This document shows positions 36,939-47,119 of a stretch of 64,000 nucleotides of DNA, in pieces; the stretch's first letter is position 1; each line of letters starts with the position of its first letter. The DNA is from an uncultured delta proteobacterium (lineage in GTDB: Bacteria; Myxococcota_A; Polyangia; Polyangiales; Polyangiaceae): the NCBI GenBank assembly GCA_963806225.1, contig CAWDXG010000004.1:5344001-5408000 (forward strand), read 5' to 3'. The translations under genes and the position numbers were made by a program. The notes under the pieces are model-generated. The model ran no database searches, was not told the DNA's origin, and worked only from the letters and a program-made list of their open reading frames with translations.

Positions 36939-37718
36939 TCAGCTGGCCGCGGGCTCGGCGGGGTCGAACGCCTGCCCCTGCGTCTGGGCGACTCGCACCT
37001 GCTCGGAGGTGCGCCCGAAGCGCCGCTCTTTCTGCGAGTACACCTCGACGGCGTCGAGCAGCGTCTGCGGCGTGAAATCCGGCCACATGATCGGCAGGAA
37101 CGACAGCTCCGCGTAGGCCGCCTCGAACAGCAGAAAGTCGCTGAGCCGGCTCTCGCCTCCGGTCCGGATCAGCAGATCAACGTCCGGCAGGGTGTGTGTG
37201 GTCATCTCGCGGTGGAAGAAGCTCTCGTCGATCTCCTCCGGCAGCACCAACCCGGCGCGTGCGCGCACCGCCAGCGCCCTCGCCGCTTCCACGATGTCCT
37301 GTCGTCCGCCGTAGGACAGAGCGAGCGTGAGCGTCATGCGGTCGCCGTCGGCGGTGTACGCCATGAGATCCTCCACCGCATGTCGCGTCGCCGTCGGCAG
37401 CTCCTCCAGCTGGCCGATGACGTTGACGCGGATGCCGTTCTGGCGGAGCTCGGCGCGTTCCTGCTTCGCGAAATCCACGAGCAGACGCATCAGCGCTTCC
37501 ACCTCGCCGCGCGGGCGTGCCCAGTTGGCGACGCTGAAGGCGTAGAGCGTGAGATACTCGATGCCGACGCGCGCAGCGGTCTCCACCGCGTCGCGCACGG
37601 CGCGCGCGCCCTCGGCGTGCCCTTCGGCGCGCTCCAGTCCGCGGGCTTTCGCCCAGCGGCCGTTGCCGTCCATGATGATCGCGATGTGACGGGGGAGGCG
37701 GGTCGTTCCGTTGTCCAC
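36939..37718 (-). CDS. uppS: isoprenyl transferase (undecaprenyl diphosphate synthase)
   Basis: HIAIIMDGNGRWA, LTLYAFS, DLLIRTGGESRLSDFL, ERRFG. Confidence 0.95.
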   Translation of the reverse strand: MDNGTTRLPRHIAIIMDGNGRWAKARGLERAEGHAEGARAVRDAVETAARVGIEYLTLYAFSVANWARPRGEVEALMRLLVDFAKQERAELRQNGIRVNVIGQLEELPTATRHAVEDLMAYTADGDRMTLTLALSYGGRQDIVEAARALAVRARAGLVLPEEIDESFFHREMTTHTLPDVDLLIRTGGESRLSDFLLFEAAYAELSFLPIMWPDFTPQTLLDAVEVYSQKERRFGRTSEQVRVAQTQGQAFDPAEPAAS

Positions 37719-37879
37719 TGGTTCTTTCCTTCAAGGGTCGAAGCTGGCTGCAAGGGAGCCTGGCAGATGGAACGCTGCCTCTCGCGCAGGGTGTGTGGAG
37801 GTTCCAAGGAAAACGCACTCCCGGGCGCTGCTCATGCGCGCAGCGTCTCCGGCAGGTTTGCGACGGTAAGCAATTGTAA

Positions 37880-39370
37880 TTATTGATGCTTCGTGTCCGT
37901 GGCAGGGGCAGACGAGCCGGCCGGCTCCCCACGCGGATCGTCCGGGTTCGCTTCTCCGGCCGCCTCGCGCTCGCTGGCCCAGCGGCGCGCCGGAGGCAGC
38001 GTGACGCGGAACACGACCTCGGGCGGCCCGGCCGTCGCGAGGTCGGCCTGCCCGCCGTGCGCCTCCACCACCGCGCGCACGATCGCGAGCCCTAGACCGG
38101 AGCCGCCCTTGTCGGCGCGCGTCGTCACGAAGCGGCGGAACAGACGCTTCTTGACGTGCTTGGCTACGCTGCCGCCGCTCGTGACCTCGAGCACGACGTG
38201 GATGGCGTCGCGACGCACCCGCGCCGTGACAGCCGCGCCGGGCTCGGAGTGCACGAGCGCGTTGTCGAGCAGGTTGGCGATGGCGCGCCCCAACCAGTCG
38301 GAATCGCCGCGCACGCGCGTGTCCCCCTCCGTGTTCACGCTCACGCGCTCGCCGCCCGACGGCAGCGCGTCGACGGTGGTGGCGACCAGCTTGCCGAGGT
38401 CGACGGGCTGGAACGACTCGACACCGCGCGCTTCGATGCGCGCCAGGCTGAGCAGATCGCCGAGCAGCCGCTCGATGCGCTCGGTGGACTCGCGGATGCG
38501 CGCGATGAAGCGGCGCGCCTCCTCCGGTTCCTCCAGCGCTCCTTCGTCGAGCAGTTCTGCGCTCGCACGGATGGCCGCCACGGGGTTCTTGAGCTCGTGC
38601 GACAGATCAGCCGCGAAGGTCTCCACGAAGGGGCGCCCTTCCAGCTGGCGGCGCATGGAGTCGATGGATCGGGTCAGGCGTGTCACTTCCCTGCCGAACG
38701 CTACCGGAGGGGCGGCGCCGCTTTCGCCCGCGCTGAGGCGTTCGCTGAATGCCGTGAGCGCTTCGATCGGCATGGCAATGGCGCGCCCAATCCAGGCCGC
38801 AGCCAGTGCAGCGACCGCGCCCAGTACCAGGCTGATGACGAGCACGGTCGGTGCGAAATCCGCGAGCAGGCGCCGCATCACCACTGTCGGCTTGACCACG
38901 CGCACCGAGCCGACGTCCCTGCCGTGCACCTTGATGGGCGCGTCCACGTAGACGGTACCGGGCTCGCCGCGCGCGCTGGGCTGTCCGAGCGGGAACAGCA
39001 CCTTGCCCTCGCGGTCCAGCACTTCCAGGCGCAGGTCCGCGCCGCGGGCGCGTTCTTCCTGCAGCTTTCCAGCGATTTCATGCACCGTCATGCCGGTGCG
39101 GTCCATCTCGCCTTCGATCATTCCCGCGATCGAGGCGGCCTCGTCGCGTGCGGCCTGCGAGGCGAGCCTCACGGCGCGCGCTTCGATGCGGTCGATGACC
39201 ATCAGGCCCAGTCCGAAGGCGAAGGCGCCCACGATCACCGCCAGCGCGAGGAACACCTGCATGCGGATCGACATGCCCCGCGTGCGCGTGTTCAAGAGCC
39301 GCGAAACGATGAACGCGACGAACAGGATCAGGCCGATGGAAGCGGCCGCGACGACGATGAGCCGGATCAC
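37880..39370 (-). CDS. sensor histidine kinase (CreC-like)
   Basis: TM segments, HAMP, SHELKNPV, NLLDNA, GSGLGLAI; GTG overlaps the RR stop. Confidence 0.9.
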   Translation of the reverse strand: MIRLIVVAAASIGLILFVAFIVSRLLNTRTRGMSIRMQVFLALAVIVGAFAFGLGLMVIDRIEARAVRLASQAARDEAASIAGMIEGEMDRTGMTVHEIAGKLQEERARGADLRLEVLDREGKVLFPLGQPSARGEPGTVYVDAPIKVHGRDVGSVRVVKPTVVMRRLLADFAPTVLVISLVLGAVAALAAAWIGRAIAMPIEALTAFSERLSAGESGAAPPVAFGREVTRLTRSIDSMRRQLEGRPFVETFAADLSHELKNPVAAIRASAELLDEGALEEPEEARRFIARIRESTERIERLLGDLLSLARIEARGVESFQPVDLGKLVATTVDALPSGGERVSVNTEGDTRVRGDSDWLGRAIANLLDNALVHSEPGAAVTARVRRDAIHVVLEVTSGGSVAKHVKKRLFRRFVTTRADKGGSGLGLAIVRAVVEAHGGQADLATAGPPEVVFRVTLPPARRWASEREAAGEANPDDPRGEPAGSSAPATDTKHQ

Positions 39371-40071
39371 GGGCCGTTCGCCGCAGACGGCGCGTCGGTG
39401 ACGCGATAGCCGACGCCGCGTACCGTCTCGATGAGCCCGGGGTCGCCGCCCGCCTCGGCGACCTTGCGTCGCAACGACTTGACGTGCGAGTCCACCGTAC
39501 GATCGCTGATCGCGAAACCGTCGCCCCACACGCGGTCGATGAGCTGCGCTCGCGTGTACACCCGGCCAGGGCTCTCCAGCATGCTCGCCAGGAGGTCGAA
39601 CTCGACGCGCGTGAGCTCGAGTGGGTGCCCGGAGACCTGCGCGCGGCGGGTGGGTTCATCCACCGAGAGCGCGGGAGGCGACGGCTGGGTGCCCGCCGGA
39701 TGCTCGGCATCGCCAGTGCGGCGCAGGACCGCGCGCACGCGTGCGACGACCTCGCGCGGCGAGAACGGTTTGGTCACGTAGTCGTCCGCGCCGGTCTCGA
39801 GCGCTGCGACGCGATCGGCTTCACTGTCGCGGCTCGAGAGCACGATGATGGGCGTCGATTCGCCGGCGGCCCGCAGGCGACTGATGAGATCGAAGCCGCT
39901 TCCGTCGGGCAGCATCAGATCCAGCACGACCAGCTCGCTCTCCGGCAGCCGCTCTTCCGCTTCGGCGCAGGAAGCCGCGGTCATGGCCGAGAAGCCGTCC
40001 CGGCGCAGCGCGTAGGCCACGCTCTCGGCGATCGCCGGTTCGTCCTCCACCACAAGGATCCGCTGCGCCAT
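39367..40071 (-). CDS. OmpR-family response regulator (CreB-like)
   Basis: ILVVEDE, LDLMLPDGSG, GADDYVTKPF, ETVRGVGY. Confidence 0.93.
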   Translation of the reverse strand: MAQRILVVEDEPAIAESVAYALRRDGFSAMTAASCAEAEERLPESELVVLDLMLPDGSGFDLISRLRAAGESTPIIVLSSRDSEADRVAALETGADDYVTKPFSPREVVARVRAVLRRTGDAEHPAGTQPSPPALSVDEPTRRAQVSGHPLELTRVEFDLLASMLESPGRVYTRAQLIDRVWGDGFAISDRTVDSHVKSLRRKVAEAGGDPGLIETVRGVGYRVTDAPSAANGP

Positions 40072-40097
40072 CCGTCGCCCGAGGCTAGCACCAAACG

Positions 40098-40703
40098 TCA
40101 GCGATCGCCGAGCAGCGCCCGGACCAGCGAAGGCACCGCAGCCGGCAACCGCTCGATCTGCCCGACTACCGGCTGCATGCCTGCGAAGTGCACGACGAGG
40201 CCGCCCGGGCGCACCTCGACGTGACCGGAGAAGCCCCAGCTCGCGAGCAGCTGCCGCGCGACCAGCGGCAGGGCCGCATCGGCCTCGGATGCCGAAGCCG
40301 CGAACGTTGCCATCGCGCGATCCCATACGGGGTCGCCGAGCTCGACGCGCGGCGGAGGCGCGCTCTCGAGAAACGTGACGCGCGTGTTGAAATGCTCCCC
40401 GCCACGCGCCGCCGCCCGGCGCCGGAACCCCGGGTGCGTCACGAAGGTGATCAGCGTGCGGTCGAGCGGCTCGCTGTCGAGCGGCGCCAGCCACGGCTCG
40501 GCAACCGTGACGCTGCCCGGCCCGAGCGCCCAGGAGACGCTGTTGAACCAGGCCTCGGGGCTGACCATCGTATCGTACGGTTCCCAGCCGCGGAACCAGC
40601 GCTGATCGGGCCAGCCTTCGTACGCGAAGCGGTGCTGTCGCGCCCAGGCGGCGATCTGTTCGGAGCCGGGGGGAAGAACCGGTGCTTCGGCCGTACGACC
40701 CAT
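40098..40703 (-). CDS. hypothetical protein
   Basis: Protein-like composition; co-directional with the two-component pair. Confidence 0.6.
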   Translation of the reverse strand: MGRTAEAPVLPPGSEQIAAWARQHRFAYEGWPDQRWFRGWEPYDTMVSPEAWFNSVSWALGPGSVTVAEPWLAPLDSEPLDRTLITFVTHPGFRRRAAARGGEHFNTRVTFLESAPPPRVELGDPVWDRAMATFAASASEADAALPLVARQLLASWGFSGHVEVRPGGLVVHFAGMQPVVGQIERLPAAVPSLVRALLGDR

Positions 40704-40852
40704 GTTTCCTTCGTGCCTTCCTTCCGCCAGCGATCGATAGCATGACCCGGAGCCGGGTCGCCTTGACGCCTGCGAGCCGGCGCGGCTACCACATCGCCGT
40801 GGCGACGTGCCGGCTGCCATCCAGCCGGGCTGGGTTTCGATCACGACGAGGG

Positions 40853-42532
40853 ATGGTTCAAGTGGCGAACACAAAGCGTCTGGACGAGCGGTCTCGATGG
40901 GGCAGCGCGACAGGGACTCCGGTCCGCTGGGCTGCCGCCTTCGCGCTGGCCATGGGATTGGCGCTGCCGGGCCTGCCGGCCTGCGGCGGGGCCCAGCAGC
41001 AGACGGCCGAGAGCCCCACGCAGAAGCAGAACGAGGAAAAGGCGCAGCGCCTGCTCGCGCGCGCCAAGCAGGCCCACGATGCGGACCGCTTCCGCCGCAT
41101 CATCAGCCGCTTTGGCGACACCAAAGCGGCCGGCGAAGCACGCGACGAGCTGGCGGCGATCCTGATCGAGCAGTCCAAGCAGGCGATCAAGCAGGATGAC
41201 TGGGCCACCGCAGAGGACCGGACCGACGAGGCGCGCATGTACGCCGGGCTCGATCTCACACAGAAGGCGATCGAGCTGCAGAACCAGATCGACGATCACC
41301 ACGCGGCGTTCGTAGCCGGCCAGGCCGCCAAGGATGCCGCGCAGGGCAAGTGCGCCAGCGCGCTCAAGCGCGTGGCTGTCCCGCTCAGGAAGAAGCCCCG
41401 CGCCCGCTTCAAGAAGGAGCTGCAGAAGCAGGCGAAGAAGCCTCTCGTCGACTGCTTGTCGAAGAAGCTGGCGGTGGAGGTGGAGGCCGGGAATCTCGAG
41501 CCTGCCCGCATGATGCTGGAGACTCCCGACGCGACCACGGCGCTGTCCGAGTCCGGCTACAAGGAGGCGCATGCCGTTCTGCAGAAGCTCGTCGTCAAGC
41601 GCAGCACGTCGGGCGTCCAGCCTCTGCTTGCCGAGCACAAGTGGAAGGAAGCCATCGCCAAGCTGCAGCAGATGAAGACGGCCAACTCCCTGAACGACAA
41701 GGAGTACGAGGTTGCCTTCGGTATCGTGCAGGACGCCATCCACGCGCACTTGCTGGACCTCGCAAAGAAAGCGCTCGCCGACAAGAAGCCGAGCCAGGTC
41801 GCGGACGAGATCGCCGCGCAGATCGCAATCGCCAAGTGGAAGCAGATCCCGGACGACCTGACGGCGGCGCTCGCGCCGCTCGCCGTGGCTGTCCAGTGCG
41901 AGAAGCTGCATTGCCGCATGCAGCAGCCGGCGCCGGCCTGGGCGTGGGGCGCCATCGTGGTCCACTCGCCGGCGAAACCCGACGGGGCAACCCGGGCGAA
42001 GATCAAGCACGCGCAGAAGATCTGGGTACTGGCCAAGGCGAGGAAGCACGCGCTGGTCGCGCTGAAGGACCCGGGCAAGGTCGCCGAGACCCAGCTCTTC
42101 GCCGTGGCCACGGGTTGGGTGGACCCATCGCACCTCAAGAATGTCGATACCGACATGTGGCTGCCGCCCGACAATCAGCTAGCGGGCGTGCGCGTCTGGG
42201 GGCCGCTGCGTCCGCCGAGCAAGGACTACCACCTCGGCGTCGTCAAGAAGGTCGACGGCAAGAAGGCCGTGGTCACGCGCATCGCCGACAGTCTGGACGC
42301 GACAGTGCCGCTCCGATCGCTCCGCATCGGCAAGCTCTCGAAGGGCCTGAAGGTCATGGCATTCTGCCAGGACGAGCTGCATCCCGAGACAGCGAAGGTC
42401 GAAGGCGTGGTGACCGAGTCCGGAGGCGTGCCGAAGGTCAAGGTCAAGTGCGACAAGGGCGACCTCACGCGGGTGGAGGTCGGTGGCGCGCTCACGTCGA
42501 AAGCCGCGTGGCTGCCGCCGCGCAAGCCGTAG
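40853..42532 (+). CDS. hypothetical lipoprotein (helical N-part, beta-rich C-part)
   Basis: Hydrophobic signal with LPAC; Lys-rich, GC-ending codons. Confidence 0.7.
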   Translation: MVQVANTKRLDERSRWGSATGTPVRWAAAFALAMGLALPGLPACGGAQQQTAESPTQKQNEEKAQRLLARAKQAHDADRFRRIISRFGDTKAAGEARDELAAILIEQSKQAIKQDDWATAEDRTDEARMYAGLDLTQKAIELQNQIDDHHAAFVAGQAAKDAAQGKCASALKRVAVPLRKKPRARFKKELQKQAKKPLVDCLSKKLAVEVEAGNLEPARMMLETPDATTALSESGYKEAHAVLQKLVVKRSTSGVQPLLAEHKWKEAIAKLQQMKTANSLNDKEYEVAFGIVQDAIHAHLLDLAKKALADKKPSQVADEIAAQIAIAKWKQIPDDLTAALAPLAVAVQCEKLHCRMQQPAPAWAWGAIVVHSPAKPDGATRAKIKHAQKIWVLAKARKHALVALKDPGKVAETQLFAVATGWVDPSHLKNVDTDMWLPPDNQLAGVRVWGPLRPPSKDYHLGVVKKVDGKKAVVTRIADSLDATVPLRSLRIGKLSKGLKVMAFCQDELHPETAKVEGVVTESGGVPKVKVKCDKGDLTRVEVGGALTSKAAWLPPRKP

Positions 42533-42559
42533 CGGAGCTTCGTCCCGCCCGCCCGTGCG

Positions 42560-43051
42560 ATGAAGACGCTGCTCCTGCTCAGGCACGCCAAGTCGAGCTG
42601 GGACGAGCCCGGGCTCGACGATCACGACCGCCCGCTGAACAAGCGCGGCCGGAAGGCGGCTCCGCGCATGGGGCAGCTGCTCCGTGACGAGGGGCTCGTG
42701 CCGGACGCGGTGCTCTCGTCGAGTGCGCTCCGGGCCCGCGACACTGCCGGTGCTGTCTGCGAGGCGATCGGCAACGAGGGCGGAGTAGACGAGCGCCACG
42801 ACCTGTATCTGGCGGCGCCGGGCACGTACCTGCGCGCTGTCAGGGAGCTGCCCGACGAGGCAGAGCGTGCGCTGGTGGTGGGGCACAATCCCGGCCTGGA
42901 AGATCTGCTTGAAGCGTTGTGCGGGCGCTCGCATCGCATGCCGACCGCCGCGCTGGCCGTGCTCGAGCTTCCGGTGAAGCACTGGAGCGAGCTCGAGCTC
43001 GACGGTCATGCGCGCTGCCTGCGCGTGTGGCGTCCGAAAGATCTCGACTAG
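42560..43051 (+). CDS. sixA: SixA-type phosphohistidine phosphatase
   Basis: LLRHAKSSW, DHDRPLNKRG, VVGHNP. Confidence 0.9.
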   Translation: MKTLLLLRHAKSSWDEPGLDDHDRPLNKRGRKAAPRMGQLLRDEGLVPDAVLSSSALRARDTAGAVCEAIGNEGGVDERHDLYLAAPGTYLRAVRELPDEAERALVVGHNPGLEDLLEALCGRSHRMPTAALAVLELPVKHWSELELDGHARCLRVWRPKDLD

Positions 43052-43108
43052 GCACGTCGCCAACGTCATCAGTCCGCAACCGGCGGCGCCGGCGACCGAG
43101 CAGGGGGC

Positions 43109-44341
43109 ATGAAGCAGGCCCGACGCCGGTTCATCACGGCGCTCATCGCATGCGTTCCGGCTGTTGGTTGCGGCGGCGCGCCGGGTGCACACGCGGCTCG
43201 GCAACGCGGCGTCGGAGGTGCAGGCGCCGGACCGCCGCCGGACGCCGCTGCGCCTTTGCGCCCGCCGCACGTGCTACACGTGCCGCCGGCTGCCGGCGCG
43301 TTGAAACGTCCGGCTCGCGTGGTGACGGGAAAGCCCAGGCTGGGCGCGCGGGTCGCCTTCGCATTGCATGTCTCTGGCGATCTGGTCGCTTTCGATCCGC
43401 GCACGGGCCGCGAGCTCTCACGCTTCGTATTCGGGCGGGAGCTGGAGGACGTGTGCTGGGACGCCCGCACCGGCCGCGTCCTGATCGTCGAGCACGACGC
43501 CTATGACGACGGCAGCCGCGTCCATGCCGTGCGATGGACCGGCAGCGCGTTCGTGCTCGAGTCGAGCTCACCGGTGCTGCCGGGCCATTCGCGGGTCTTC
43601 GCTGCGTCCGATCGTGTGTACGCCGTGTCCGAGGACCAGGGCGTCGTCTGGAACGTGCTCGACGATGACCTGACGCCGGTCGGACAGTTCGAACCCCTCG
43701 TCAGGCCGGTCTCGCTGGTGGAGCGGGTCGGAAGCGCGCACAGCCGACTGCTAGCGCTGGACAGCTCGGCGCGCCTGGCGGGACAGCCCGCCGACCAGCT
43801 CCTGGGCGTCTCGCATCCCGCCGGCGACTGGCAGGTGACAGAGCAGAGCTACCTCGCTCCGGGTCGGCCTTCGGCGCGCATGGTCGCGGGGCAGCCTGGT
43901 TCGACCTACGTCCTTCACAAGGACCCGGGCGAGGGAACGATCGAGCTTGCCCGGATCTCCACGTCGGCGCCCGCCGTCCCGCCGGCCTTCCACGTGGTGG
44001 TGACGGGCGCGGGGCGCGGCGCGCTCGAGGGAGCGGCGTACGATCCCGAGCGGCGCATCGTTGCAGTCGCGATCGCCCGCGTGCCGATCGCGCGGCTGGC
44101 ACTGGTTCCAACCGAGACAGGGCGCCCGACCGCGCTCGTGTCGCTCGACGCCGCGATCCGGAGCACGCGCTGGTGGTCGCGGGATCTGGTGCGCGATCCG
44201 GAGAGCGGACGCCTGCTCGTCGCCACGGAGCAGGGCATCGTAGCGCTTTCGCCGGGCGGGACCGGCGACGCCCCGTCACTCGTGACGGACGCCGGCTTCA
44301 CCGCGCCGGATCTGCGCGGCCCCATCGCGCTCGTGCCGTAG
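43109..44341 (+). CDS. hypothetical secreted beta-propeller-like lipoprotein
   Basis: Signal with AVGC; repeated DPRTGR/DARTGR/DPESGR turns. Confidence 0.6.
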   Translation: MKQARRRFITALIACVPAVGCGGAPGAHAARQRGVGGAGAGPPPDAAAPLRPPHVLHVPPAAGALKRPARVVTGKPRLGARVAFALHVSGDLVAFDPRTGRELSRFVFGRELEDVCWDARTGRVLIVEHDAYDDGSRVHAVRWTGSAFVLESSSPVLPGHSRVFAASDRVYAVSEDQGVVWNVLDDDLTPVGQFEPLVRPVSLVERVGSAHSRLLALDSSARLAGQPADQLLGVSHPAGDWQVTEQSYLAPGRPSARMVAGQPGSTYVLHKDPGEGTIELARISTSAPAVPPAFHVVVTGAGRGALEGAAYDPERRIVAVAIARVPIARLALVPTETGRPTALVSLDAAIRSTRWWSRDLVRDPESGRLLVATEQGIVALSPGGTGDAPSLVTDAGFTAPDLRGPIALVP

Positions 44342-44342
44342 C

Positions 44343-46307
44343 TCAGGGGCAGGCGAAAACCGGCGCGACCGGTGCGAACTTCTCGGTGCGCTTCGGCGAG
44401 CACTCGTTCACGGGCAGGCACTGGTACTGGTTGCCGCCCGACTTGTAGCGCCGGTAGCACTTCTCGCCGGCTGCACACGTGGCGCTGCAGTTCGTCGCCG
44501 CCACCTGTGGGTATGCCGTGTTGGGATAGCAGCCTTCGCTGGACGAGCAGCTGTTGTTGCAGTCCGAGGCGGGCAGCTCCTTGATGTTGTCGAGATCCGT
44601 CAGCGCGGTCTCGAGCTTGCTCTTGATCTGGGCAAAGGTCTCGTCGAGCTTGTCGGAGGTGGTCGCCTCGGCGACGCAGATGAACTTCTGCCGTCCGCAC
44701 ATGTCGATCTTCTCGCAGCCGGGCGTCGTCGGGCCGGCCGCCTGGAGCTGGTCGTCGCCGTACAGCACCTTGCCGCCCACCATGACGAGCCGGACGCTGT
44801 GCGGAGTGGCGCCCAGGATATCCGCGTACGGCTTGGTGCCGTCGCCGCCGACCACGAACAGGTCGGCCTTGTAGCCCGTCTTGATCGAGCCCAGCGTGTT
44901 CGAGAGCCCCAGCACGTCCGCACCGTTGGCGGTGGCCATCACGACCAGGTCCTTCGGCGACAGCCGGTTGTTCCAGTGGGTGTTGTCCCAGTTGTCGGCG
45001 AAGCGCAGCTCGTCGAGCATGTCCTGGCTGCCACCCATCGACCAGTCCGGTCCGAGCGAGATCTCGACGCCGGCGTCCAGCGCGGCGGGGATGTCCGTCG
45101 TCTTGCCGTACAGCGCGACGTTGGAGGCAGGCGACCAGGTCAGCTTCATCCCGTGCTGGGCCATCGTCGCGAATTCGGTCGGGCCGAAGGCGGTGCCGTG
45201 GGTGATGGCCGTCTGGGGCGCGTACAGGCAGCCGTCAGGCGTCGTGACCGTATTCAGCTTGTCGAACTCGGCGAGCGCGGCCGCGTCGACGCCCTCGCCG
45301 CAGTGGATCAGGTAGGCGTCCGTCTTGCCGCTCGTGAAGTTGTTGCATACGCCGTTGGCGCTGCTGGACGACGGCGGGAACAGCGCGCTCGTCTGGATCT
45401 TGTCGGCTCCCAGGCCGTTCTGCGTCACGTCGATGGAGCGCGCGAGCGAGCTGAAGCAATTCGACGAAGTGCCCGGCAGGCCCACGATCGACGTGGTGCC
45501 GGCAACCAGACCCTTCAGTTCGCCCCACTTGTCGAGCTCGCACTTGAGGTCGCCCGCCTCATCGTACTTCTGCGGGCACCACCAGGGCTTGCCCTGCGAA
45601 GCGTCTTCCAGACACTGCTTGTAGTCGAGCATCTGGTTGTACTCCGCCTCGTTGGGCCACTGGTTGTGGTCTGTGTAGCGGCAGACGTTGTCGACGCAGT
45701 CACACTTGCTGCCCGAGCAGTAGCTCGAACCGCTGTTGCAGTCCGCGACGCTGTTGCAGCTCGCCGGCAGGTGGGGCACCCAGTCGTCGTTGTTGAAGAT
45801 GTCGAACAGGATGTGGTTGTGCGTGTCGATCAGGCCCGGCGCGATCACGCCGTTGGTCGTGATCACGGTCGCGCCGCTCGCGCCGGACTGCCCCTCGCAG
45901 CTCGTGCCCTGCGCGGCGCACGTGATCGTGTCGCCTTCGACGAGCACCTCGCCGACGTAGCTGGTATCCGGCGTCACGACCGTGCCCTTCAACAGGAAGC
46001 GGTCGGCTGCGCCCGTCTGGAGGGTCGCGTCGGGGCTCGTGCTTCCGCCGGTGCCCGCGCTTCCGCCGGTGCCTGCGCTTCCGCCGGTGCCTGCGCTTCC
46101 GCCGGTGCCCGCGCTGCCGCCGGTGCCCGCGCTGCCGCCGGTGCCCGCGCTGCCGCCAGCCGTGCCCGCGCTGCCGCCGGTGCCGGCTCCCCCGTCCTGT
46201 TGCCCGCCGGTGCCGCCGGACGAGCGGCCACCGTTGTCGCCGCCGCCGCACGCCGTTGCAGCGACCACAAGTGAAAGAGTCACGATCAGTAGTGAGCGCC
46301 CACGCAT
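44343..46307 (-). CDS. secreted amidohydrolase-family lipoprotein with Cys-rich inserts
   Basis: Lipobox ATAC; PGLIDTHNH, IHCGEG, ITHGT, LGPDW, GSIKTGYKADL. Confidence 0.85.
   Translation of the reverse strand: MRGRSLLIVTLSLVVAATACGGGDNGGRSSGGTGGQQDGGAGTGGSAGTAGGSAGTGGSAGTGGSAGTGGSAGTGGSAGTGGSAGTGGSTSPDATLQTGAADRFLLKGTVVTPDTSYVGEVLVEGDTITCAAQGTSCEGQSGASGATVITTNGVIAPGLIDTHNHILFDIFNNDDWVPHLPASCNSVADCNSGSSYCSGSKCDCVDNVCRYTDHNQWPNEAEYNQMLDYKQCLEDASQGKPWWCPQKYDEAGDLKCELDKWGELKGLVAGTTSIVGLPGTSSNCFSSLARSIDVTQNGLGADKIQTSALFPPSSSSANGVCNNFTSGKTDAYLIHCGEGVDAAALAEFDKLNTVTTPDGCLYAPQTAITHGTAFGPTEFATMAQHGMKLTWSPASNVALYGKTTDIPAALDAGVEISLGPDWSMGGSQDMLDELRFADNWDNTHWNNRLSPKDLVVMATANGADVLGLSNTLGSIKTGYKADLFVVGGDGTKPYADILGATPHSVRLVMVGGKVLYGDDQLQAAGPTTPGCEKIDMCGRQKFICVAEATTSDKLDETFAQIKSKLETALTDLDNIKELPASDCNNSCSSSEGCYPNTAYPQVAATNCSATCAAGEKCYRRYKSGGNQYQCLPVNECSPKRTEKFAPVAPVFACP
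46041..46185. repeat. 18-bp tandem repeat encoding a GTGGSA linker
   Basis: GCGCT(T/G)CCGCCGGTGCC(C/T) units. Confidence 0.85.
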
Positions 46308-46428
46308 CTTTTGATTCTACCCGATCTATCGAGGCTTCCGGGTCCACCCATTCCGGCCAGCTGGCCAATACCTGACGGGGGCGTGTCCGGCTGGCGTTGG
46401 CGGGTGCACGGCGGTATTGGGTCGGGGC

Positions 46429-47100
46429 ATGTCGTCCCGGCCCCGCTTGCCCGCGAAGAAGGACGTGGCTCTTGCGCTTCTCGAGAGCTCGACCGTCCTC
46501 ATCCATCTCGACCCGAGGATCGAGGAGGTGCGCGTGCCGCCATGGTTCAAGAAGCAGCCCCAGCTCGTGCTGGAAGTCGGCCTGAACATGCCGGTTCCCA
46601 TTCCCGATCTGAGTGTCGATGACGACGCGGTGTCGTGCACGTTGAGCTTCAGCCGGTCGCCGTTCTTCTGCTGGATCCCCTGGAGCGCGGTCTACGCGCT
46701 GGTCGGCTCCGACGGGCGCAGCATGGTCTGGCCCGATGACGTTCCGCCCGAGGTGGTGGCGCAGGCCGAGCAGGCGCAGGAGAAGGACAAGCAGAAGAAG
46801 GCCCGCCGGGCGCACCTCCGGCCGGTCCCCGACGACGGCGAAGAGGCGCTTGACGCCGAGGAAGCCGGGGAACCTCTGGAACCCGAGGAAGCTGGGGAAG
46901 CCGAGCAGCCCGCTGTCGCGGACTCCGGGGAGGCGAGCGACGACACGGAGACTGGAGACGTAGCCGTGGCCGAGGCGCCCACGCGGGGCGCGCCCACCCA
47001 GCCCGAAGCCTCGCCGGATCCTATCGAGCCGGATGAGGGCAAGCCCGAGGGGGGCAACGGCAAGCGGAAGCTGCCGCCCTACCTGCGCGTCGTGAAGTAG
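46429..47100 (+). CDS. sspB: ClpXP adaptor SspB-like protein
   Basis: TLSFSRSPFFCWIPWSAV core, acidic tail, C-terminal LRVVK ClpX-binding motif. Confidence 0.8.
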   Translation: MSSRPRLPAKKDVALALLESSTVLIHLDPRIEEVRVPPWFKKQPQLVLEVGLNMPVPIPDLSVDDDAVSCTLSFSRSPFFCWIPWSAVYALVGSDGRSMVWPDDVPPEVVAQAEQAQEKDKQKKARRAHLRPVPDDGEEALDAEEAGEPLEPEEAGEAEQPAVADSGEASDDTETGDVAVAEAPTRGAPTQPEASPDPIEPDEGKPEGGNGKRKLPPYLRVVK

Positions 47101-47119
47101 GACCCGGCGCTATCCAGCG

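Noticed and set aside
37835..37866. c-di-GMP-I riboswitch (GCAAACC…GACGC on the minus strand)
   Set aside because: Lacks the GNRA tetraloop and the GCAAAG/P2 elements.
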